Shown here piece after piece: positions 11,753-23,314 of a stretch of 64,000 nt of DNA. The stretch comes from Octopus sinensis (Eukaryota), in the NCBI RefSeq assembly GCF_006345805.1, contig NC_042998.1, forward strand, positions 204,290,001 to 204,354,000, in the 5' to 3' direction. The position numbers and the translations under genes were made by a program. The notes below the pieces were generated by a model. It worked only from the letters and a program-made list of their open reading frames with translations, did not search any database and was not told the DNA's origin. Within the stretch, counting starts at the first letter, position 1. Each line of letters begins with the position of its first letter.

Positions 11753-12065
11753 TCATCATCATCATCATTTAGCATCCGTTTTCCCTGCTAGCATGGGTTG
11801 GACGGTTCAGCTGGGGTCTGTGAAGCCAGAAGGCTGCACCAGGCTCCAGTCTGATCTGGCAGTGTTTCTACGGCTGGATGTCCTTCCTAACCCCAACCAC
11901 TCCATGAGTGTAGTGGGTGTTTTTTATGTGCCACCTGCACAGGAGCCAGACGGAGCTGGCAAACGGCCACAAACGGATGGTGCTTTTATGTGCCACCGGC
12001 ACGGGGGCCAGGCGAGGCTGGCAACGGACACGAACGGATGGTGCTTTTACGTGCCACCGGCACAT
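11753..12065 (-). mobile_element. RTE LINE 3' tail copy
   Basis: (cat)n tail plus three modules. Confidence 0.9.
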
Positions 12066-12139
12066 GTTTGTGTGTATGTGTGTGTGAGAGAGAGAAATTA
12101 CGGTGACTACAAGTTTATGGCATTTGTTCACCATGTACA

Positions 12140-12690
12140 TTGTTTCACCATTGTGCTTCTTTGCAACCTCTGCATTGGATATTCCAAATGCAATTGGATG
12201 CCGAACCTCAACAGATCATCAGGGCAACACTTTATTCATCGTGTTACACACATCAAAAGCTTTAGATATAATGCTAAGTAAAACAGTTACCACAGGAACA
12301 ATTCTCACCTTGGTTTCTCACAATCTCTTCATCACTCCAGCTAGGGCTGATATTTCTCAATTTTTTTTTTCAATTTCTTGGTATCCACTCTATCATATAT
12401 ACTATTGCAGTCTGTGATCTTACACTGCTAGTTTGTCCCTTATAACCATATCTGGTCTTGCTTCAATAATATGGTCAGTCTTTTTGAGGATAATCCCATA
12501 AAATCCTCTAATTGTTATTCTCTGTTTCAGACCACATATCTAGCTAACATACCAATTCACTCTTTTACCAACATAGTCATGCCTATGTCTATACTCTTTT
12601 TGTGCTAGCTTACTGCATTCACTTTCCTTTTCCACAGATTCTGCGTTTGCTCTCCCATTGAGTTTTATCAGTCTTTGCCTTTAACCAATT
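12140..12690 (-). mobile_element. R4/Dong-like RLE retrotransposon fragment, old and heavily mutated
   Basis: Translation across stops and frameshifts gives RRICGK..., ENNN*RILWD..., HIIEARPDMVIRDK (the PD of a PD-(D/E)xK nuclease). Confidence 0.65.
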
Positions 12691-12706
12691 GTTTTAAGGT
12701 CTTATT

Positions 12707-13522
12707 TTATTATTGTCGTTATTATTGTTTTACTTCTCAGAGTGCTCGGCCTTGTTTACTCGGGTAGATTCTCTGAGAGCAGACAGCAGCCTGCTGTCAG
12801 AGGTCTCACAGGGTCTCTTTCGGAAAATTTTAAACTTTGATAATTGGTTTATAATTATCATGGGAGACATTCAACATTCAAGTACCAATCTGAAAATCCT
12901 AGCTGTCCCCAGCAGAGCAGTTTTTGGGGGGCTTGCCCTCCTCTCATGTCAATTCCTATTTCTGTGACATATTTCTCGAACTTGGTTCCTAGTGCTCCAA
13001 GTGTCCCTACAACAACTGGAAGGACAGACACTCTCCTCATAGTCCACATTCTTGCAATTTCGTCTTTTAGTAGTCTGTACTTTTCAATCTTTTCTAGTTC
13101 TTTTTGTCCCTTATGTGTGCATCCCCAGGTACTGCAATATCTATAACCTTGGTTTCCTTTTTTTTCCTTTATCTACCACATCAATATCTGGTCTCCAAGC
13201 ATCAATTAGAGAGTCACATTGGATTGTAAAATCCTACAATATCTTATTTTCCTTATTTTTGGTGACTCCTTCTGGTTCATATTCATACCATTTCCATGCT
13301 CTATTCAGGTCATACTTTCCACATAGCCTCCAGTAGATGAACTCAGCCATGTTATCATACCTCCTTTTGTAGTGCTTTTGGGACAGCTTGCTACACTCAC
13401 TCACAATATCTGAGATTGTTTTGTTCTACTGCCACACATCCTACAACGGAGCAATCTGATATTCTTATCTATTTGGAACTTGGTGAAATTAGTTCTCAGA
13501 GCTGGTTCTTAAGTGCTGCATC
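12707..13522 (-). mobile_element. R4/Dong-like non-LTR retrotransposon 3' fragment (zinc knuckle + restriction-like endonuclease)
   Basis: Across frameshifts: LRTNFTKFQIDK..CRMCG..ETISDIVSECSKLSQKHYKRRYD..WYEYEPEGV..NKIL*DFTIQCD..RPDIDVVDK..VIDIAVPGD..VLPVVVGTLGALG..TALLGTARIFRLVLEC*. Flanked by (TAA)n at 13524-13550 and an AAT-rich end at 12707-12727. Confidence 0.9.
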
Positions 13523-15214
13523 CATTATTATTATTATTATTATTATTGTTATCTGAGAGAGCATTGCATGCCATCAAAGTGACACTGGGGTATATGAAGC
13601 CCAATATACCCGTCTGTTAAGAGTACACCAGGCACATGCATCACAACCATATGGGCATGATATGGTGACTTTATATCAAGATAAACAGTGCATGACCTTG
13701 CAACTGAGGCCTGGGTAGAATTTTATTCTTCAGGTTGAGGAGTCCCAGAATCAGGATCAGAGATACATATATCGTCACACAACTAAGAGACATGCTCAAC
13801 TGACAAGCAAATCTGTGGTGTTAAACAGGATATTTGCTGTAACCCGTCTTTGGTGGTGGTGGCCTTGGCAGTGGCGGCGATATTTCTTACTAAAATGTTT
13901 TCTCATGGGAATGTTAAAGCCCCCTCAATTACCAATCTGTTAATGTGATTAATTACTTGGGTGTAAAACTTTGTGGGTTTTTTTTAATGTAAAAACTTCG
14001 TATCCTAGTGTTCCAGTGTTGCAATAAAGAAATTTACTTTGCGACTTCTTGGATGTTGGATATCATTCCTGCAGCACTTTGGGCAAAGATTATCTGCCAA
14101 AGTCTCACTTTGATAAATCCTTTTGTGTGAAATTAAGATGGAAACTGTGCTGAAACCTCTTTGAATACGTATGTGTGTATATTAGCAAAAGATACAAACA
14201 ATGGTGAGATAATAAATCAGTGCTTTGAGCAATAGTGACTGAGGCCCGGTTCCAAACAAACTAATTCCCAATATTTAACCAAATTCTTCTGTTGCTTTTA
14301 AAATTCATTGACACATATCAAAATCAAATTCGATGACTAGCATCCATGCTAGTGGAGCACTAAGAGCACCATCCGAGTGTGATAGTTGCCAGAGCGGCAA
14401 CGTAAAAAGAGTGGCACGTGAAAAGCACCGTTCAAGCATGATCATTACTGGCACTTGTGCCGGTGTCCAGATGTCAACATGTATGTCATCATCAGATTGC
14501 CCCAGCATGGCTACTGTTTGACACACTTTTAGATGATTTATTTGAGAGGGAGATAACTGTCCATTTCCCTCAGTATATGCGTGTGTGAAAGAGAGAGCGA
14601 GAGACGTATGTATGCGTGTGATGGGTATTTCTTCCCTCTCCTGGCATCCCACTTGATCTTCCTTTTCTTCGTCCACAGTCTCCAATAAAAACCACTTCTC
14701 TCTTTCTATGGCCGTCTTTGTTAGACGATCCCCTCAACAGTTTCTCAACAAACTTCTCTGACTTGTTATCAAGAAAAATATAAAAATACAGCCACTAATT
14801 TCTCTCCACCAGCGTATTAGAAAGTCTTTAAAAATCAGAGCTGGTAGTCAGCCAGTTTGTTTATTTTCCCGTATTCCTATCGTACTAGAATTGATAAAGT
14901 TTCCAAAATTAGTCATGCAAATGCATAAGAGATAAAATGGAATCGTAAAAACTGTGCATGGAAGTTAAATTTGATATGTGGAGGAGGGTGAAGCTAGCAG
15001 AAGCCGTGATTACCAGTTTGAACAGTAAACATTTGTCTGATTCAGAGTAATTATCGTAAAGCTTCAGGGATGGAGAGGAGAGAGAAATTGTAATTTAACG
15101 ACACGTCTGCCTCTGCTTTCTGCGAATTTAACGAGGCTGTTGCTCATTTTAACGTCTTTTATACAAGTAATCACTACATACACAGTTAAAATATATAAAT
15201 CCATACACACATAC

Positions 15215-15420
15215 ATCATCATCACCATCACCATCATCATTTAGCGTCCGCTTTCCATGCTGGCATGGGTTGGACGGTTTGATGGAGAACTGGCAAGACA
15301 GGAAGCTGCACCAGGCTCCAGTCTGATTCGGCAAGGTTTCTACAGCTGGATGCCCTTCCTAACCACTCGGAGAGTGTAGTGGGTGCTTTTACATGCCATT
15401 GGTATGGGTGCCAGTGGAAG
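15215..15420 (-). mobile_element. RTE LINE 3' tail copy
   Basis: catcatttagcgtccgctttccatgctggcatgggttgg. Confidence 0.9.
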
Positions 15421-15640
15421 GCGGCGAGCTGGCAGAATCGTTAGCACGCCGGGCGAAATGCTTTGTGGTATTTTGTCCGCCTCTGCGTTCTGAGTTCAAA
15501 TTCCACCAAGGTCGACTTTACCTTTCATCCTTTCGGGGTCGATAAATTAAGTACCAGTGACGCACTGGGGTCGATGTAATCGACTTAATCCGTTTGTTCT
15601 TGTTTGTCCCCTCTGTGTGTAGCCCCCTTGTGGGCAATAG
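15418..15640 (+). mobile_element. SINE family A, well-preserved copy
   Basis: aaggcggcgagctggcagaatcgttagcacgccgggcg...gagttcaaattcc...cctttcggggtcgataaattaagtaccagt. Confidence 0.85.
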
Positions 15641-15679
15641 GTATGGGTGCCAGTCAGACGGCACTGGCATTGGCCGTCT

Positions 15680-16035
15680 GTGTGGTAAGAAGTTCACTTC
15701 CCAACTGGAAGGTTCCCAGTTCAATCTCACTGCATGGCAATTTGAAAAAGAGTCTTCTGCTACAGCCCCAGGCTGACCAATGCCTTGTGAGTGGTTTTGG
15801 CTGATGGAAACTGCAAGAAACTTGTCATGTGTAAATGTGTGTGTATGGGTTTGTCTGTTTCTCCCCCACCACCGCTTGGAAATTGGAGTTGGAATATTTA
15901 CTTCCCCATAACTTAGCAGTTCAGCAAAAGAGACTGGTAGAATAAGTACCAGGTGATTGATTCATTCAGCTAAAAATTCTTCGAGGTTGTGCTCCAGTAT
16001 GGTCGCAGTCTAATGAATGAAACAAAAGATAAAAG
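15680..16035 (+). mobile_element. SINE family B, diverged
   Basis: Head tgtgtggtaagaagtt...ggttcccagttcaatc; tail gcagtctaatgaatgaaacaaaagataaaaga. Confidence 0.7.
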
Positions 16036-16038
16036 AAT

Positions 16039-16070
<32 letters not shown>

Positions 16071-16559
16071 CACATGCATACACATTCCTCTACCGCCAAT
16101 CCCAGGTTGTTTAATCCTGTAACACTTCCGGCTGTTCTTTGACTGATTTTGGTCTTTGGATTGATGCCATGCTGTGTCACTGCTTTCCCGTTCTTCAGTC
16201 AATCGGTTAATTCCAATATTGATTTCAGGTCAATGCGTATTTTAGTAATATTGATTTCGGGAATGACCATGTTGTATTTTGATGAAAAGAGACTTACACA
16301 CATGCACACGTGCACGTACATGCACACACACACACACATACAATCACACACATATGCACACACACACACACCCACCACTATTTCGCCCTCTCTTCCACTC
16401 CTTCACTTCAAACCCAAGACAAATCTACTTCTCTGATGTGAGACTGCAACAAGTCTGTCCCTTTTGCCAGTTGGCTCTGAGGGCCCCATCCAGCATCCCG
16501 ACCCTCCAACTCTGGTCATGTTTTGTTTTGTTTTTTTTCTATTTTTACTTCTCTCAGAC

Positions 16560-16885
16560 ATTAGGCTGCGGCAATACTGGAGCACCAACTTGAAAAAGTT
16601 TAGTCAAACAAATCAATCCCACGACTTATTTTCTCTTTTTAAGCCTTCAGCTTATTCTGTTGGTCACTTTCACTGAACTGCTAAATGACGGGGATGTAAA
16701 CAAACCAACACCAGTTCTCAAGTGGTGGTGGTGGTAGAGGAGGAGGAGGAGGAGGAGAGAGACACACACACGCACACACACACGCACACACACACAATGG
16801 GCTTCCTTCAGTTTCCATCTACCAATCTACTCACAAGGCTTTGGTCAGCACAAGGCCATATAGTAGAAACTTGCCCAAGGTGCCC
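16560..16885 (-). mobile_element. SINE family B, 5' part replaced by an RTE fragment
   Basis: ggagcacc...cagtttccatctaccaatctactcacaaggctttgg...acttgcccaaggtgcc. Confidence 0.7.
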
Positions 16886-16889
16886 CTTT

Positions 16890-17100
16890 TCTTCCAACCA
16901 ATTCCTCAAACTTTGCATCCTTCTCCTTCCTCTGCTTCTTTTCTTTTCACTCTTTCTGGTCATCACTGAGAAATCTCAGTTGCTTGGCTCTTATCTGATG
17001 AAACAGTTTCTCCCTATTTACCTCATCGAGGGCCACCACTTCTCCATCACACGTTCTGTCTGTCCATGCTATCCTCAATATTCCAAAGCTGGAGTACAAT
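16890..17100 (-). mobile_element. Degenerate RTE-like RT C-terminal fragment
   Basis: Translation RILRIAWTDR...IRAKQLRFL...KRSRGRRR matches the typical RTE C-terminus. Confidence 0.6.
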
Positions 17101-17424
17101 CCACCTGTGTAAGGTGCCTTGTTGTGGGATTGAAACTGGAACCCTATGGTTGCAGCAAAAACTTCTTAATCACACACTTATACCTGTGCTACTTCTCAAT
17201 CTTTGATGATTGTTATTTCTCATGAGAGAAAATTCAATTTGTGCACCGTGTGTATGCACACTTATGTGCATGTGTGTGATAGTCATCACCATATATTCAC
17301 CTTTGTTACAAGCATGAGTCAGACAATTTATCAGTGTGAGTCACTCCCCATCAGGAACTGATTCTCTCAAAGTCTAGGTACCCTTCTTCTTCGCTCTCAT
17401 GTGTGACCCTTCTGTCTGGCTGTT

Positions 17425-17625
17425 GCCATGATAGATTGTTAGCCACTAAACACATTTTTTTCTCTCCTTGTTTCTCTCTTTGTTTTTTCTGTGTCCCTTT
17501 CTGTAGAAGAACGTAGGCTCGAAACATAAAAGACTTTTTCTATTCCTGAGCGTTATACTAATACATCTGTTTGTTTTCTACACCACCTGTCTTCGTCTTT
17601 TGTTTTTTTCGTAAACTCTACCCTT
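17425..17625 (+). mobile_element. Penelope-like terminal remnant with decayed hammerhead-like core
   Basis: CCTTT-CTGTAGA-A-GAAC-GTAG-GCTC-GAAAC-ATA-AAAGA at 17496-17533. Confidence 0.45.
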
Positions 17626-17841
17626 ACATATCGTTTGGCTTGGTTTCTATAACTGGATGCCCTTCCTAACCCTAACCCCCACCCACCCCTTACAGAGTAT
17701 CCTGGGTGCATTTTTATGTTTGGGGTACAAACACTAGAGAAGCTCTTAGTAAGACTGGACTGGGGGGGGGGGGGCTTCATAACCCAACACTTTCACTGCT
17801 CCTACTGTCAGCCATTTTATAATGGGTACTGACTGGTAAGG

Positions 17842-18078
17842 GGCTGGCAGAAATGTTAGCGCGCCGGGTGAAATGCTGAGTGGTATTTCATCTGCCGCTA
17901 CGTTCTGAGTTCAAATTCTGCCGAGGTCGACTTAGCCTTTCATCTTTTCTGGGTCGATTAAATAAGTACCAGTTACGCAGTGGGGTTGATATAATCGACT
18001 TAATCCCTTTGTCTGTCCTTGTTTGTCCTCTCTGTGTTTAGCCCCTTGTGGCTAGTAAAGAAATAGGTATAGGCTCTT
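17842..18078 (+). mobile_element. SINE family A
   Basis: gctggcagaaatgttagcgcgccgggtg...gagttcaaattctgccgaggtcgac...ggctagtaaagaaatagg. Confidence 0.85.
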
Positions 18079-18825
18079 GGCTTATAGACTCTACACCTAT
18101 ATTTATATATCTAGGTGTAGAGAGCACTTGATAAAGTAGGGCATCATTGAGTCCACATCTCAGTTAGTCGGCCTTACATCTCCACCGAACTATAAAAGCG
18201 TATCATATGAGTTCAGTGTAAGTATTTCTCGCAATGACTCCAAGGCAAGATATTGAGGTGAATCTAGAGCATGTCTTCTGCTGGGTTGTATGAGAAGAAA
18301 TGTAATTCAAGATTGTTGAATCTACTATAAATAAATGTGTCAGTAATGTGAATGAATTCTGGCTGTGTTTATTGCAAACAATAGCGAAAGGAAAGGCAAT
18401 ATCTTGTTATTTTAACGAGAAGTCAGCCATAACTGACTGCTGCAAGACACTTACCACATGTTAAGTCATTGACGAGGAAACGAGAAACGGCTTAATGAGG
18501 AAATATTTATTTTTCAGTCATGCTGTTGGGTTTTTGTTTGTTTTAGAGCAGATCCATAGCAGCCAATAACGGTGGAGGAACTGGCACCACTCCCTTCTGC
18601 CACTCTTTTACTGAAGCCAGACAAGGAGTTCCACTCAGCTTATTCCGTCATAACAAAGTAAATCGCTCGTCAGTAAACTCCTTAAGCACTTCAAAAATTA
18701 GGACCAGATTGTAACGAGTTTTTAGGACAACCTTCTCGTAATGTAAACTAGGTGTCAAAATCTAGAACACTGAAAGTTGAATGACACACTAAACAGGTTA
18801 CATTTAACAAAGCACAGTTACGAAG

Positions 18826-19212
18826 TTTGCTTCCCAACCACAGGGTTTCAGGTTCTATCCCACTGTACTGTACGTTGAGAAAGTGTTTTCTACAACAGCC
18901 TTGGGCCAACCAATTCCTTGTGGGTCAATCTGGTAGACAGAAACTGAAAGAATCCCCATTATGTATATATGCATGTTTATGTTTGTGTGTTATTGTCTCC
19001 TTGCCTTGACAATGTCTGATGGTTGTAATCAAGTGTCATTGTCATACAAGCAGTGTCATTCATTTCCAGTCTTCCGTGAAAACATGTCTGGCCATGGAAA
19101 CAGGTGAGGGTTGGTGACGGGAAGAGCATCCGGCCATAGTATACCTGCCTCAACAAATTCCCTCTGACCCATGCAAGCATGGAAAAGCAGACGTTAAATG
19201 ATGATGATGACT
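18826..19212 (+). mobile_element. SINE family E: family-B-like head joined to an RTE-type 3' tail
   Basis: aagtttgcttcccaaccac..ggttctatccc head; tail acccatgcaagcatggaaaagcagacgttaaat(gat)n. Confidence 0.8.
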
Positions 19213-20164
19213 GTTGTTTTTTAGTGCCAGGCCAACCCTGATAAAACCATCAGAGTCTTCAGACCTGTACCTAGGTATTACACACTTTGCTGAATACTCT
19301 ATGCTGTGTATGTGCCAAAGACCACCCCACCACAACCACTATACAATTAACAGCAAATAAGTTTGGAAATTTCGTTTGGAACTTATATAGAATTCTTATT
19401 AAAAGTGGAATTCTGATAGCAAATATTTGGGACAAAAGATAAAAATATTGTCTCTGCTACAATGGCTGCCAAATATTCGCTTTCATTGTTCATTGTGTAA
19501 AACAAAACCAGTTTCATTTTATATTTGTTTGTTTTCTAACATCTGTTTACCATGGTAACCTGATTTCAATGCTTCTGACACCGATAGACTTTCATGAATT
19601 GTTGGAACACATGTTTTTACAGCTGGATACCCTCCAGGTGTGAACTTGTGGAATGAGGGTGGCAGTGGGGGTAGATGATATGTTTTTATTCAACTATTTA
19701 TAATTAAAGTAAACATCGTTACAGTAGGTCTTCTAGAAACACATTTAATATTAGACTTTGACCTTCTAACCACTTTTCTGCTGGTTCTCCACCATTGTAC
19801 TTCCCATTCCCACCCCACCATCCACCTCTTATAATCCACCATAAAATGTCCTGATATCATTCTGTAAAAACACCTCCAGATATGCGTGTGTGTGTGTGTG
19901 TGTGTGAATAACACAAAGATAGAAATATCAGGCTTTGATGGCAAAGCACAACAATTGTTTCTGCACTGGACACCAGCTTTCTGTTGCTGAGTTTGGGATT
20001 TCCTATTCCATCTTTGATATTTCCATCTTTGTATTCTTTGAATAATCCTATTCAGTAGCAGAGTTCCACATGGGTACCCAGCCTTGGAAAATATCCTGCT
20101 GTAGGATTGCATGTGGTAGCCAGTAAAAGTATAGATTATCTATATAGAGTGTGTGTGTGTTTAC

Positions 20165-20290
20165 TGGTCATGCTTCAAGAACCCTGCAAAGAACTCTTGC
20201 AGTTCCAAGCAATGTCCGATTTTTGTAGGTGTTCTACATTCACACTTGCACCAATCTTTTTCAGCCATGCTGGTAGTTGGGTGCTGATAC
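20165..20290 (-). mobile_element. R4/Dong-like RLE C-terminal fragment
   Basis: LPAWLKKIGASVNVEHLQK-(frameshift)-LLGTARVLCRVLEA*; the 5' truncation abuts (TAA)n at 20291-20355. Confidence 0.75.
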
Positions 20291-20332
<42 letters not shown>

Positions 20333-20355
20333 TGTTATTATTATTATTATTATTA
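20291..20355. repeat. (ATT)n microsatellite
   Basis: Read directly; it supplies the poly-Ile/Leu of the spurious ORF N-terminus. Confidence 0.95.
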
Positions 20356-20358
20356 ATA

Positions 20359-22421
20359 ACGTGGTGGTGGAACAATATTGTAGACAGGGCTATTAGAGAA
20401 AAGAGACAGGCTTGGAAGGTCTGGAAAAATGGGGGTAGCAGGGGATTGTATCAGACTGCCAAAAGAGAAGCTAGGAGACAGGTTTATTTAGCCAGAGGGG
20501 AAGCAGATAAGAAAAAATTTGCCAATGTTCTGCGCCGTGAGGACCAAAGACTGGAGGTGTTTCGTGTTGCAAGACAGTGTGTGAGAGAAAATCGTGATGT
20601 GGTAGGAGAGAAGTGTGTTCGCATGGAAGATGGTTCACTTGCGCTAAATGAGGATGCAAAGAGAGAGGTTTGGAGATGCCACTATGAAAGGTTGCTGAAT
20701 GAAGAAAATGAATGGGATAAAGAGAGTCTGCTGAATGTTGACCCAACAGAGGGACCAGCTATCCGAGTTGATAGTTCCGTGGTAGCTAAGGCAATTAGAA
20801 GCATGAAGACAGGGAAAGCCCTAGGCCCATCAGGAATCACTGCAGAGATGCTCAAAATGTCTGGTAGTGTCGGCTATAGCCTAGTCACCCGTATAGTTAA
20901 TCAGGTGATACACAAAGGGGTCATACCCAATGACTGGTGTAGCAGTATAATAGTCAACTGCTACAAAGGTAAAGGTGATGCCCTAGATACAAATAACTAC
21001 AGAGGTATCAAGCTGTTGGACCAGGTGATGAAGGTTACGGAGAGGGTCATAGCCCAACTAATTAGAGAGAGAGTTAGTTTAGATGAGATGCAGTTTGGGT
21101 TTGTGCCAGGGAAAAGTACTACTGATGCTATATTCCTGGTAAGGCAGCTGCAGGAGAAATACCTAGCCAAAGATAAGCCCCTGTACCTGGCTTTTGTTGA
21201 CATGGAGAAAGCCTTCGACAGGGTCCCTCGATCCCTTATCTGGTGGGCAATGAGGAAACTAGGGATAGATGAATGGTTAGTGAGAGCTGTGCGGGCCATG
21301 TACAGGGATGCCGCTAGTAGGGTGAGGGTTGGAAATGTGTACAGTGAAGAATTCCGGGTAGAGGTAGGAGTCCACCAAGGCTCAGTACTCAGCCCCCTCC
21401 TATTTATCATAGTCCTCCAGGCAATAACGGAGGAATTCAAGACAGGATGCCCTTGGGAGCTCCTCTATGCTGATGACCTTGCTCTAATTGCTGAGTCGCT
21501 ATCAGAACTGGAGGAGAAGTTTCAGGTGTGGAAACAAGGATTAGAATCGAAGGGCCTCAGAGTCAATCTAGCTAAAACCAAAGTCGTAATCAGTAGGAAG
21601 GTAGACAAATCACAAACACCTTCAGGTAGATGGCCCTGCTCGATCTGTAGAAAAGGTGTAGGTAGAAACTCTATAAGATGCACCAAGTGTAAGCTATGGA
21701 CACATAAGAGATGCAGCAATGTCAAAGGAAGGCTAACTAGGAAGATGGTTTTTGTATGTGGCAGATGCTCAGGAACAATAAACACTGAAAATGCTCTGAG
21801 ACCAACTTCCGTCACTTTCCAGGGAGAAAAACTAGAAATAGTTGATAGTTTCCGTTACCTAGGTGACCAGGTCAGCAGCGGGGGCGGGTGTGCTGAAAGT
21901 GTAACTGCTAGAGTAAGAATAGCTTGGGCAAAGTTCAGAGAGCTCTTACCTCTGCTGGTGACAAAAGGCCTCTCGCACAGAGTGAAAGGCAGACTGTATG
22001 ATGCGTGTGTACGAACAGCCATGCTACATGGCAGTGAAACATGGGCCGTGACTGCTGAGGATATGCGTAAGCTCGCTAGAAATGAAGCCAGTATGCTCCG
22101 ATGGATGTGTAATGCCGGTACTCACACTCGGCAGAGTGTAAGTACCTTGAGAGAAAAGCTGGACCTAAGAAGCATCAGTGTGGTGTGCAAGAGAGACGTT
22201 TGCGCTGGTATGGTCATGTGGCGAGAATGGATGAAGATAGTTGTGTGAAAAAGTGCCACACCCTAGCGGTTGAGGGAACCTGTGGAAGAGGCAGACCCAG
22301 GAAAACCTGGGACGAGGTGGTGAAGCACGACCTTCGAACTTTAGGTCTCACTGAGGAAATGACTAGAGACCGAGACCTCTGGAAGTGTGCTGTGCGCGAG
22401 AAGACCCGGCAGGACAAGTGA
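20359..22421 (+). CDS. RTE LINE ORF: reverse transcriptase with embedded PHD-like finger; one -1 frameshift near 22178
   Basis: Motifs NYRGIKLL, QFGFVPGKSTTD, FVDMEKAFDRV, GVHQGSVLSPLLF, YADD (21466-21477), FRYLG. C4HC3 finger at 21637-21768. Continues in ORF 22185-22421 (RRLRWYGHVARM..GRGRPRKTW). The copy at 41233 has the A that is missing at 22178/22179. Confidence 0.93.
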
Positions 22422-23031
22422 GTCCATAACCCGTGGCCTTCTACATGGGATGGAGCCAGCCTACGTATGCATACCTTCCCTTCTTGGGACACAAAACTCT
22501 ACTTGTGAAGACGTGATGAGGCAAGTGAGGATCAGAATCGAAATCGATCAATGGAAATTGCGGATGTGCTACCAGTGCCGGTGGCATGTCAAAACTCTGC
22601 TTGTGAAGACCCGTTGAGGCAAGTGACGATCAGAATCGAAATCGATCAATGGAAATCGATCAATGGAAATTGCAGATGTGTTACCAGTGCCGGTGGCATG
22701 TAAGAGAACTTTCCGTTTCGCGACCGTTGCCAGCACCGCCCCGTTTCGTGTCCGTTGCCAGCCGCACCTGGCCCTCGTGCCGGTGGCACATAAAAAGCAC
22801 CATCCGTTCGTGGCCGTTTGCCAGCTCTGTCTGGCACCAGTGCGGGTGGCACGTAAAAAGCACCCACTACACTCACGGAGTGGTTGGCGTTAGGAAGGGC
22901 ATCCAGCCGTAGAAACACTGCCAGATTTGACTGGGCCTGATGAAGCCTTCTGGCTTCACAGACCCCAGTAGAACCGTCCAACCCATGCTAGCATGGAAAA
23001 CGGACGCTAAACGATGATGATGATGATGATG
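20359..23031 (+). mobile_element. Young, 5'-truncated RTE-clade LINE
   Basis: RT ORF, 3'UTR with tandem modules, conserved tail and (GAT)n; (TTA)n on both sides is a likely target duplication. No APE endonuclease domain is present (truncated). Confidence 0.95.
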
Positions 23032-23046
23032 ATTATTATTATTATT

Positions 23047-23225
23047 AAGGCAGCCTACTGCATGAAATACTTAACGGAATTTTGCCCATTGCTCTGTTCT
23101 GAGTTCAAATTCTGCCACGGTCAACTTTGCCTTTTGTCCCTTCGGGGTCAATAAAATAAGTACCAGTTGAACACTGGGGTTGATGTAATCGATTCAACGC
23201 CACCTCCCCCAAGCTGCCCTTGAGG
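23047..23225 (+). mobile_element. SINE family A
   Basis: ttctgagttcaaattctgccacggtcaactttgcc...aaaataagtaccagttgaacactgggg. Confidence 0.8.
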
Positions 23226-23314
23226 CAAAAATTATTATTATTATCATTATTATTATTATTATTATTATTATTGTTATTATTGTCGTTGTTGTTGTTGTTA
23301 TCATCATTAACATT

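Noticed and set aside
20107-20358. N-terminal 84 aa of the 713-aa ORF, resembling a signal or transmembrane segment
   Set aside because: It is antisense Dong-like sequence plus the (ATT)n tract read in frame by chance; the LINE sequence starts at about 20359.
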